DNA of 64,000 nucleotides from Mobula hypostoma (lineage: Eukaryota). The stretch lies in assembly GCF_963921235.1 (NCBI RefSeq), contig NC_086100.1, positions 199,394,001 through 199,458,000 on the forward strand, read 5' to 3'. Position numbers and translations under genes: made by a program. The notes beneath the pieces were generated by a model. The model was given only the letters and a program-made list of their open reading frames with translations, had not been told where the DNA came from and searched no databases. This document shows, piece after piece, positions 1 to 11,399 of this stretch (positions are counted from its first letter, which is position 1; the number at the start of each line of letters is the position of its first letter).

Positions 1-269
1 ATGTTAACACCACCCCTTCACGTGGTTTAGCCCGCCAGCTGAAGCGGTTTACTGGGGTATGGTGCTTGGAGCCAACACGGGAGAGATTTAGGAGATGGAT
101 GAGGACCAGTGATGTCTGTCCACCCTGTCTAGTAGGGAGCAGCATGCCAGACATCAAAGGAACTACCTTTATCCAGAGACCCCTATACCACCAGGGGAGG
201 TATGAGATATTATTAAAACATACGGAGGTAGAGATATCGCTGAGGCCTGACCATATACATAGATGAGGG

Positions 270-860
270 TTTTGAAGAATTAACAAAGAGGGTTGAAAAA
301 AGCAGGGTGGTAGACATTGTCTCCATGGACTTCAGCAAGACTTGATGAAACTCCTCATTGTACATAAAACATAAAACAGTACAGTACATTACAGGCCCCT
401 CAGGCCACAAGGTTGTGCCAATCTTTTAACCTACTCAATATCAATCTAAACCTTACCAAATATCTCTCCATTTTTCTTTTATCCATCTGCCTATCTCAGA
501 GACTCTTAAATGCCCCTAAACTATCTGCCTCCAGCACCAGGCCTGCCAGCACGTTCCACAAACCTACCACTCTCTATTCAAAAAAACAACCTTTAACATC
601 CACTTTATACATTTCTCCAGTCACCTCTAAATTATACCTTCTCCCTGGGAAATCTGATCTGGCTATCCACTCTATCTGTGCCTCTTATCATCTTGCACAC
701 CAGTATCATTGCATCTCATCCCCTTGATTCCAAAAAGAAAATCCCTAGTTCTCTCAACCTATCTTCATAAAACGTGCTCTCTAATCCAGGCAGCATCCTG
801 GTAAATCTCCTCTGCAACCTCTCTAAGGCTTTCACATCCCTCCTATAATGAGGAGACCAC
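270..860. repeat. CR1 fragments
   Basis: RT-like MDFSK segment at 270-360 (+) and a CR1 3' end at 365-860 (-). Confidence 0.6.
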
Positions 861-1615
861 ATGGATTAGTTGGAGCAATGTTCTGGACTGATGGGTAGGT
901 CAGTTGAAGGGTTGACCTGAGGACACTCTTCACTTGGGCACCAAGCACCTCCTTCTTTTTGGTGTTGACCTCAGCACCTCTGGAGAAGCCTGGTTAGCAA
1001 ACCGACCGGCTGAAGGCAAAACTCATTACTTGCACAGGGTGATGACAGATCTGCTCAGAGTGCTTTCACACAGGGGCCAGTCACTGGTCATACACCAACT
1101 GTGGACTTCCATGCTGTGGGACCAGTTGGTCGCGTTGATCATGCACCATGCTTTTGCTGCTAAGACCTATAAGAAACTGGTGGATTTCTCCTGGGACAAG
1201 AGGAAACACAAAATCTCTGACTTGGTCCTGAATCACGCGATTGTGCAGGATGTTTGAATACTGTGTGCCTCTGATCCAGGTGATGTTTCTCCACCTTCAG
1301 AGGAACCTGAACGTTGAGAATTCCTCCAAACGGCAAGGGTTGTGTCTGATCCAACTCTCTAACAATGAGATGTCCATGTCTGAGTGTCCCTGAAGAGGAA
1401 GCACACTGTCCACTGGCTCCTGGAGGCCCTCAGGAACTGGGATGCAACACAGGATCTGGAGTACATCCTGGACCCAGATGACTGAATCGTTCTGGTTTAA
1501 TAAATAACAAGAGCGGTTTATCTACTGACACACTCAGAGATGGGCTAGCAGCAGCTGTACCTGTCCACCCTGGACTTCTGTTTGTGCCACACTTCAGAAA
1601 GCCTCACAGCCGAAT

Positions 1616-2365
1616 GTGAACACTGCACAGAGTTTCTGTCACAGTGACTGTGAACCCCACACAGAGGGCCTGTCACAGTGACCGTGAACACCACACAGAG
1701 CGTCTGTCACAGTGACCGTGAACTCCACACAGAGGGTCTGTCACAGTGACCGTGAATGCCACACAGAGGGTCTGTCACAGTGACAGTGAACGCCACACAG
1801 AGGGTCTGTCACAGTAAGTGTGAACTCCACACAGAGGGTCTGTTACAGTGACCGTAAACTCCACACAGAGCGTCTGTCACAGTGACAGTGAACTCCACAC
1901 AGAGGGTCTGTCACAGTGACCGTGAACTCCACACAGAGGGTCTGTCACAGTGACCGTGAACACCACACAGGGGGTCTGTCACAGTGAGTGTGAACCCCAC
2001 ACAGAGCGTCTGTCACAGTGACAGTGAACTCCACACAGAGGGTCTGTCACAGTGACCGTGAACTCCACACAGAGGATCTGTCACAGTGACCGTGAACTCC
2101 ACACAGAGGGTCTGTCACAGTGACAGTGAACTCCACACAGAGGGTCTGTCAGAATGACAGTGAACTCCACACAGAGGGTCTGTCACAGTGACAGTGAACC
2201 CCACACAGAGGGTCTGTCACAGTGACAGTGAACTCCACACAGGGGGTCTGTCACAGTGACAGTGAACTCCACACAGAGGGTCTGTCACAGTGACTGTGAA
2301 CTCCACACAGAGGGTCTGTCACAATGACAGTGAACTCCACACACAGAGTCTATCACATTGAACTC
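1616..2365. repeat. 34-bp minisatellite, about 22 copies
   Basis: Unit GTGAACTCCACACAGAGGGTCTGTCACAGTGAC(C/A); GTGAA recurs at 1616, 1650, 1684, 1718, 1752 and onward. Confidence 0.95.
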
Positions 2366-2929
2366 AGTTATAATGGAGCAGATTGAGGACTGTCACACGA
2401 TGTAGTGAACAAGAAATTCACATCATGTTGGACATTATTCAACTCTGGTCAGGTGGGAGAAGTAATTTTTCTGTCATGCTTTAACTCAGTAAATAAAAAA
2501 TTCCCTTGGTTCTATAATAAACAAAGCAACATGAAGAAAAGCAAATTTCCTTACGGGTTTGCAAGCCAGGGCAATTTTGCTCCAGAATTGGTTTCACAGA
2601 AACATGCTTTGAGGGACGGTTGATTTCCGGGTGTTTTTAACCGTGTAAATACACTCGTGCTCAGAATAGCAGCAGAGTTGTTGAACCGGAACTGGGTGTG
2701 ATAGTGGAAACATTGTGTACTTCCAGTGGGAGAGGAATGTCTTTGGCAAAGAGATCAGGAATCAGGGAGCAGGAACAATGGTTACTATGGCAGGTTTCAT
2801 TCTTCATAATCACTGTGAGAAGGGGAACGGCTCAAATAGCAGATAATTTTCTAGAGTTAAAAAGCAAAGCACTGTAAATAGAGACATAAAGCTGTACAAC
2901 AGAGAAACAGGCCCTTCATCGCGAACGCA

Positions 2930-3660
2930 TTAAAATGTTGTGGATACGGCCCAGTCCATCAGAGGTAAACCTCTCCCCACCATTGAGAATATCTACAGGG
3001 AACGCTGTTGCAGAAAAGCAGCATCCATCATCAAAGACTCCCAGCATCCTGACCATGTTCTCCTCTCACTGTTACCATCAGGAAGAAAGTACAGGAGCCT
3101 CAGCACTCACACCACCAGGTTCAGGAACAGTTGGTACCCCTCAGCCATCAGTCTCTTGAACCAGTGAGGATAAAGTGAAAAAGGATCTAGCTCTTTCCAG
3201 GCGTACATGATGAATAAACTCTTCTCGGGCTTCCAGCTGGGTACGGGTATCGATTTTAAGTGACGTTTCGATGACAATTCTGCCATCTTCGTCGGGGATG
3301 ATACCTCGGCATGTCTAGTCCAGTGGAACGTATTCTGACCCTTCTGATTGGTTAGTCCTCATCCAATCAGGTTTCCTCTGTCCCACCTTGTTTACAATCG
3401 AATTCCAGTTCTTACTCAGAGCGAGGCCTTCGTCTTCGTTAAAATTCTTTCTCTCCAGTTTTATTTCAATGACTTCCTTCACCAGGCCGTCCAATGGGGA
3501 TAATTTCGCTCAACTTCACTCGTCTCATCACGGACCTGTTCCCACAAACTTTCAAGGACTCTTCATCTCATGTTCTCCATATTTGTTGTTTATTTATTTA
3601 TTATTGTTATTTTATATTTTATTTTATATTTGCACAGTTTATTGTCTTTTGGACATTGGT
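2930..3660 (+). mobile_element. Rex1/Babar LINE 3' end
   Basis: IIKDSQHPDHVLLSLLPSGRKYRSLSTHTTRFRNSWYPSAISLLN, followed by an AT-rich tail. Confidence 0.75.
3174..3497 (-). mobile_element. fragment of a second Penelope-like family inside a Rex1 tail
   Basis: Minus translation VKEVIEIKLERKNFNEDEGLALSKNW (GIY-YIG C-terminus); hammerhead-like motif at 3258-3302; possible TSD GGATAA (3168-3173, 3498-3503). Confidence 0.7.
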
Positions 3661-4134
3661 AGATTGTCCACCCTGTTGCCCTCATGATAATGTGTTTCCA
3701 GTTCAGCAAGGAACTGCACCATTGCCAATGCCCATACATAATTTTCAAAGGAAAACCGTGCGCGAGAGGCAGTGACCAAAGCATAAAGTCAGGAGATGGT
3801 GCTGTAGACAGCCTGTTTTGTTCTGCAGTTCTGGCATCTGCACAGTTACAGAACATTAGGCAGAAGAACAGGTTAGAGAGGGAACATAAATCAGACATGA
3901 TGCAATGGCAGGGCTGACTCGATGGGCTGATTGGCCTCATACTGCTCCCATGTCTTGTGGACTTATTTGGACACATTGCAGCTTTTCTGTGTGAATTCTC
4001 CAGTGTTAGGCTGCTCACTTTTTCTGTGTCAGAACTAGTCATTCCTGCAGTGAGACAGTCACCTGTGATATGGTTTCAGCTTTCCTCGCTCCAGTCGTAC
4101 AGACAACCTTCTGAGCACTTCCAGCATTTCCTCA

Positions 4135-5300
4135 AAGTTCAAAGTCAATTTGTTATCAAAGTCTATATATAGTGTCACCATATACACCCCGAGATTCATT
4201 TCCTCATGGGCATTCACAGTAAATACAAGAAATACAACATAATCAGTGAAAGACCACACCCACAGGAACCGTGCAAGCACAGAAAGAAACAGAAAAAAAT
4301 ACAATAATAATAATAATAAATAAGTAATAAATATTTAGAACGTGAAAAGAAGAGTCCTTGAAGGTGAGTCCATGGGTTGTGGGAACAGTTCAGTGATGCT
4401 GTGAGTGAAGTTACCCACTCTGGTTCAGGAGCCTGATAGCTGAAGGGTAACTGTTCCTGAACCTGATGGTGTGACCCCTGAGGCTCCTGTACCTCCTTCC
4501 TGATGGCAGCATCTAGAGGGAACATGGACTGGATGATGAGGTTCCTTGATAATCGAGGTTGCTCTTTTCCTACAGCGCTCTGTGTCGATGTGCTCAATGG
4601 TGGAGAGGGCTTTACCCATGATAGACTGGGCCGTATCCACTACTTTTTGTAGGATTTTCCATGTGAGGGTGTTGGTGTTTCCATACCAGAACATGATGTA
4701 ACCAGTGAATAAACTCCCCACCACACATCTGTAGAAATTTTTCAAAATTTTGGATGACATACTTTATCTTCGCAAACTTCTAAAAAAGTAGAGGTACTGC
4801 TGTGTTTTCATTCAATTGGTGTTTATGTGCTGGGCCCAGGACAGATCCTCTGTAATGATAAGACCAAGGAATTTAAAGTTACTGACCCTCTTCACCTCTG
4901 ATTCCCCGATGAGAACTGGTTCATGGACCTCCAGTTTCCTCCTCCTGAAGTCAATAATCATCTCCTTGGTCTCGCTGACTTTGGGTGAGAGGCTGTTGTT
5001 GTGACAGCACTCAGCCAGATTTTCAATCTGTCTCCTGTATGCTGATTTGTCACCACTCTTGATTTGGCCAGTGACACTGGTGTTGTTGGCAAACTTAAAG
5101 ATGGCATTGGAGCTCTGCTTAGCTGCACAGTCATACGTGTAAAGCATATAGAGCAGGGGCTGAGCACACAACCTTGTGGTGCACCTGTGCTGAGAAGACT
5201 GGGGTCTACAAGTGAGCAAATCAAGGCTCCAATTGCACAAGGAGGTGTTGAGGCTGAGGTCTTGAAGCTTTGAGAAGTTTGGAGGGGATGATAGTATTGT
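4135..5300 (-). mobile_element. Rex1/Babar LINE RT fragment
   Basis: STGAPQGCVLSP, LYTYDC, KFANNT, TKEMIIDFRR, FKFLG. Confidence 0.8.
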
Positions 5301-8300
5301 GTTTGCTTTTAAACTGGAAAGAGTGCGGGGAAGATCTACAAGGATGCTGCTGGAATTTGATTGAAAGAGATGTTGGACAGGCTAAAACATTATTTCTGAG
5401 AGAACAGGAGACTGCGAGCTGATCTGATATTGGTGTATAATGTCATGAGGGGCTGATTGCAGTCACTAAGCTTTTCCCATAGGTGGGGAATCAAGAACTA
5501 GAGGACATAGGTATAAGGAGGAAGGAGAAAGATTTAAGATGATGTTGAACCACGACTATTTTACACAAACACAAGAAATTCTACGGATGCTGGAAATCCA
5601 AAGTAACACACACAAAAGCTGGAGGAACTCAGCAGCATCTCTGGTAATGAGTAAAGATTTGATGTTTCAGGCGCAGACCCCGAAGGATGGGAAATTGGAG
5701 GAAGTGTTTGAGGAAGGAAGAATATCAGTTTTTAAGGATATTTGGACAGGCACTGTACATGGATGGGAATGGTTCAAAAGGCCACATAATGGCAAATGGG
5801 CTAGCATGGATGGGGCATTTTGATTAGCATGGACCAGTTGGGCTGAATGGCCCGTTTCCATGCTGAATAACTCTATGAAACCCTGGGTGGGTGGAGGTAC
5901 AGCACGGTGTGGGCAGGAGAGATCAGCCATGGGAATGCTCAGTATTAACTTTGGAATCCATGAGGTCTCGTGGCATCAGGTCAAAAGCCCCTCCTGATCT
6001 CCATTGACTGTCTTCGCTCTGTTCCTCCATGTTGAACAACACTGAAGAAATGCTGAAAGTAGCAAGGTCACTGAGTGTGCACTGGGTGGAGATCTCAATG
6101 TCCGTCAGACAGGGCGGCTCTGCTAGCACCACTAGGCTGGATAAGTCCTGAAGATCACGACTGCTGGACAAGTCTTGACTGAGGAAGAAACATACTTGCC
6201 TCACCCATGCCAATCCATGTGGTGAATTCTCCCAGGGGGCATCTGTCCATCATGTCCAAACCATTGGAGGAGTGACTCCCACACAGTCCTTGTGCAGACA
6301 AAAGCTGTGTGGCACTGTAATTTCACTAAATGTGAATTTGGAAAATTTGGGCCAAGGATTGGCAGATGGAATTGAAATAGGACAAATGAGAAGTGATGAA
6401 TTTTACTAAATTAATTCAGGAATTGCACAGTGCCCTGGAGAGGCTTATAGAACAGAGGGTGCAAATATATACAAGTACACGGCAAGCAGGGGGTCAGGGT
6501 GGTGAAGAATGTGTTTGCATGCTTGCTTTCATCAGTCGGATCACTGAGTACAGGAACTGAGATGTCAGGTTACAACTGGTGGGACGACAGTAGAAGTATT
6601 GTCCACAGAACATGGAAAATCAAACAGTACAACACAGGGACTGGCCTCTCGGCTCAGCATGTGTGACCTAATGGCTAACAAAACTAATCCCTTCTGCCTA
6701 CACAATGTCCATACCCTTCCATTTTCCACACATCCATGTGACTATCTAAACATCTGTTAAAAGTCCCTGATGTATCTGCCTCTAGCACCACCCCGGGCAG
6801 TGTACTCCAGACACCCACCACTCTCTGATTGAAAAAACTTGCCCCTCACATCTCCTTTGCAATTACCCACTCTCAACTTAAATGCATGCCCTCTCATAAT
6901 CTTTTAAACCTCTGTCAGATCTCCCGTTAGCCCCTGCTGTTCCAGAGAAAACAACCCAAGTTCGGCCAATCCCTCATTATAGCACATACCCTCTGAACCA
7001 GGCAACATCTCGGTAAACCTCTTCTGCCCCCTCCACCCTCTCCAAAGCCTCGACATTCCTTCTGGAATGGGGAATTGTGTCCAATACTCCAGATGTGGCC
7101 TAACTAGATTTTTATAAAGCTGCAACATAACTTCCTGACTTCTGAATCAATGCCTTGACGACTAAACTCAAGCATACCGTTAGCCTTCTTAAACACCGTG
7201 TCAACCCGTGCAGTCACTTTCAGGGAGCTATGAACTCAGATCCCAAGATCCCTCTGCCCATCAACACTTGCCTTTAGCAATGTACTGTCTCTTTATATTT
7301 GATCTGCCAGGGTGCAGCTTCAGATCTGGCCGAGTTAAACTCCATCTACCATTTCTCCACTCATAACTGCATCTGATCGATAATCCCATTGTATTCTTTG
7401 TCAGTCTTCTACGCTGTCAACATCACCAATCTCCCTATCATAGAGTCACTGAGTCAGAGAAAAGTACAGCACAGAAACAGGCCCTTTGGCCCATCAAGTC
7501 CGTGTCGAGCCATTTAAACTGCCTGTTCCCATCGACCTGCACCGGGACCATAGCCCTCCATACCCCTACCATCCATGTACCTCTCCAAACTTCTCTTAAA
7601 TGTTTAAATCGAGCTCAGATGCACCACTTGCACCTGCAGCTCGCTCCACAATCTCGTGACTCTCTACGTGAAAAGGTTTCCCCTCATGTTCACCTTTCAC
7701 TCTTAACCCATGACCTCTAGGATAGTCCCACCCAACTTCAATGGAAAAAGCCTGCTTGCATTTACCCTATCTGTACCCCTCATAATTTTGTATTCCTCTA
7801 TCAAATTTTCTCTCAATTTTCCACATTCCAAGGAATAAAGTCCAAACCCATTCAGTTCTTCCTTATAACTCCGGTCCTCCAGACCCAGCAACATCCTTGT
7901 AAATTTTCTCAGTATCTATCAACCTTGTTTGCATCTTTCCTGTAGGTAGGTGACTGAAACTGCACACCATATTCCAAAATAAGCCTCAGCACTATCTTAT
8001 ACAATTCAACAAACATCCCATCTCCTGTAAACAATACTTTGATTTATGAAGGCCAATGTGCAAAGGATTTCCTTACAACCCTGTTGAAGTGTGACACAAC
8101 TTTCAATGGACCAGGAACCTGTATTCCCAGATCCCTTTGTTCTGCCACACTCCTCAGTGCCCGACCGTTCACTGTGTAAGACCTACACTGGTTGATCCTA
8201 ATGAAGTGCAAAACTTTGTACTTGTCTGCATTAATTTCCATCTGCCATTTTTCAGCCCATTTTCCATCTGGTCACCCCGTCAGAAAACTCAATCAAGTCA

Positions 8301-8825
8301 GTGAGATAAGACTTGCCCCACACGAAGCCTTGCTGTACGGATCTGATCACCTTGCTACAGGAAGGATGAGATTGACCTGGGGACATTCACAAAGATGTGA
8401 ACAGGACTGGACGGTTGAGTTATAATGAGAGACTGGACAGGATGGAGCTTTTTCCCCTGGAGTGTATGAGGCTGCGGGGCGATCTTATAAAATCACGAGG
8501 GGCATTGATAAGGCCACAGTCTTTTCCCCAGGGTAGGTGAATCTAACTAGAACACACACATTTAAAGTGACCGGGGAAAGATTTTAATGGGACCTAAAGG
8601 ATAGGTTTGTTACAGAGGGGGAGCCGGGTATATGAGACGAGTTGTCAGAGGAAGTTATGGAGGTGGGTCCAATCAATTGCAAAGTTTAAAAAACACTCAG
8701 ACAGGTACATGGGTACAAAAGCTTTCCAGTGATATGGGCTAAACACGGGCAAGTCAGGCTTGCTCACGTAGGCAACTTGGTCAATATGGACGACAGACCT
8801 TATTCCATGCTGTATGACCCATCTA
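5300..8825. repeat. cluster of old CR1/LINE fragments in both orientations
   Basis: LVRPHLEY (6904-7128), GLYSLE, QRDLG fragments and several CR1 3' tails; older EN-like remnant near 5950-6200. Confidence 0.7.
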
Positions 8826-10012
8826 CCCAGTCCCCTCTGCCCCTCGCCTCTCCCCAACGGTGCGGATCAGTGCTAAGAGAAAGTTAAAGTTCACCCAGGA
8901 CTTTAGAACAGATGATAATTCTGCTCCCTCCTGAGATCTGTACCATCACAGAAGGCATCTTCAGCCAGTTCAGTCCATCGCACCAGACAGAGTTATCAAC
9001 TCTAATGGAAGCTGTTGGTCAAATGCAGTCAAGCAGCAGTTACTCTCCAGTAGTCTACACTCTGATGGGCAGTTTCAGTTCTGCCAGGACCTCCGGTGAT
9101 GGATCCAAAAGGGACCAAAGATCTGAATTCCTGTGAGGAGGTGAGAGTGACTGACCTTCACACAAAGGCAGCGCTAACTTGTCTGGCAAGATGGAGCCTG
9201 GTAAAAGTGAAGTTCAAGGTTATCAAAGGGGAATACTTCAGGGCTTAGAGTCATACCATATCTTACCTGAAGAAGATGCTGGTAGCTGTCAGTCATCCCA
9301 GCCCCAGGACATCATGTAGGAGTTCCTCTGGGAATTGCCAATGGGACAAACATCTCCAGCTATTCCATCGGTGATCTTCTTTCTCTCAGCTCGGAAGTGT
9401 GGATGTTCACAATCCCATTCCACTCACAATTGCTGAGCAAATGAAGCTGCCCATGTGTGTGTGGAAGTAGGCTATCAGTCGCTGAGTCCAGCTCCCGGAA
9501 CTTCCTCCCTGCATCACCGCGGAGCAGCTTCACCAGAACAACTGAAACTGTCTCCAAAAGGGCTGCTCACCACCTTCTCAACGGCAATAAACACTCCTCT
9601 CACTGACCGCGCCCTGATCTGAAAATGAACAAAACAAAATTCTTCATGGGTTTGTGCGTCAAAGGGTAATGCTCTACTGTAGCCAGATTGACAATATTTC
9701 AGGAGTACTTGCCATGAGGGACACCTGATTTCACAATATTTTAACAGCATTAATTCACTAATGCAGAGAGTGTTAGCAATGTTGTCAAACTGGAACTGGG
9801 TGTGACACTGGAGATGATGCATACTTGTGGTGGGAGAGTAGTGTCTTTAGCAAATAGATGAGGGAATTGTGGAACAGGAGCAGTGGTTCCAGTGGGAGAG
9901 TTCAGTTTCCACACGGACCATGTGATGGGAAACAGATCCAGTCATAGACATTTACTTTCAGGAATACTCTGCAGACAGTTTTCCAGAAATCAAAAGCAAA
10001 TAAAAAAACACA

Positions 10013-10611
10013 TGTAACGCTCAGGGTTATCGACTCACTTTTGTCGAGGGGAAACCCTGTCTGCCCTCCAAACTGTGTCTCACATTTGTGTAGATGCTGT
10101 GTAATGCACCCCGGTACAAACTCACACATAAAATATCAGACAGCACACAATGTACAATTAACTCATTATACTTTATAAATCTTACTGTGACTATGTGGTT
10201 AACAGAGATACAAATATAAAAGGAAAAAAAGCGCCAAACTTATCAGAGTTTAACCAATTCGTGCACAACCGTTGGAGCTCAGTTAACGGAGTTTTCTCTC
10301 CACCATTCGTAATTTCCTCCGAACTCTTCGACCCGCTGACTGGAACCAACCACGGTGGTCTACCAGAGTGTGTCCAGCACATCCTTTCTCTTCGTTCTTC
10401 CTCGCTGAAAAACCCTCCAAGCCCACGCAGACTAACAGCTTTCACACTGAGAGAAAGAATGACATCTCTTCCATTGGCTAGCAAATGAATACAAGTCCTG
10501 TTATCACTAATTATAACCCAAACATTCTGCTGCAGAGAACCCTACCTCAGCAGTTAACATTACAGAGAAGCCATTTCATTATTAGCAGTTAATATTACTG
10601 AGAACCCTACA
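10013..10611. mobile_element. solo LTR
   Basis: Termini TGTA...TACA flanked by 4-bp TSD CACA; 599 bp; no coding signature. Confidence 0.72.
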
Positions 10612-11270
10612 CACAGATCTGATGCAACACAAAAAACACAAGCTAAAGAACACAATAAATATAAATACATAAGACAGCTTACATACACAGATTCCATGTC
10701 CATAATTTGTCACTAGGCACAGGAGTGTCTGTACAAAAGGTGATGCAGTTGTGGTGGTTGGGGGTTACTGGGTGGAGGTGTTGATCAGCCTCACTGCTTG
10801 GGGAAAGTAACTGTTTTTGAGTCTGGTGGTCCTGGTGTGGATGGTTTGCAGCCTCCTCCCTGAGGGGGTGGGGACAAACAGTCGATGAGCTGGGTCGGGA
10901 GATCCTTCCTGATGTCACTGGCCCTTTACAACACCTTTCTGTACATATGCCCCTGATGGCAGGTAGGTTGGTGCTGATGATGTGTTGGGCAGTTTTGACC
11001 AACTGTTGTACAGCTTTTCTGTGCTGTGGTGCAGTTTGCACAATAGTTTGTAACATAAATTACATCAATAAATATGTAGTGGAAAGAAAAGGAATGTTGA
11101 GGTAGTGTTCATGGACCATTCAGAAATCTGATGGTAGAGGGGAAGAAGCTTTTCCTGGATCATTGAGCGTGGGTCTTCATGTTCCTGCACCTCCTCCCGA
11201 TGGCTGTAACGAGTGGAAGGATGTTCCAGATGGTGAGGGTCCTTGGTTCTGGATGCCACCTTCTTGAGGT
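10612..11270 (-). mobile_element. two Rex1/Babar 3' fragments
   Basis: VKTAQHII...ERCCK and KDPHH...S segments similar to 2940-3167. Confidence 0.6.
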
Positions 11271-11399
11271 CTCACCACTCAGAAATATAGAGAAGTGACA
11301 AGCAAGTTGACAGAAGCCTGAAGTAAGTGAGGCAATGCATTTTGGGATATCGAATAGGGTAGGACATACTCTGTGAATTCTTGGCCCCTAGAGGCTATC

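Noticed and set aside
1616..2365. CRISPR-like periodic array
   Set aside because: Head-to-tail units with no unique spacers, no cas genes, and a vertebrate context; the same applies to 40720-42040.
5900..6330. Apparently unique sequence that might be host exons (also 8880-9600)
   Set aside because: It reads as decayed LINE EN/RT (W.GDLNV-like) with stops and frameshifts.
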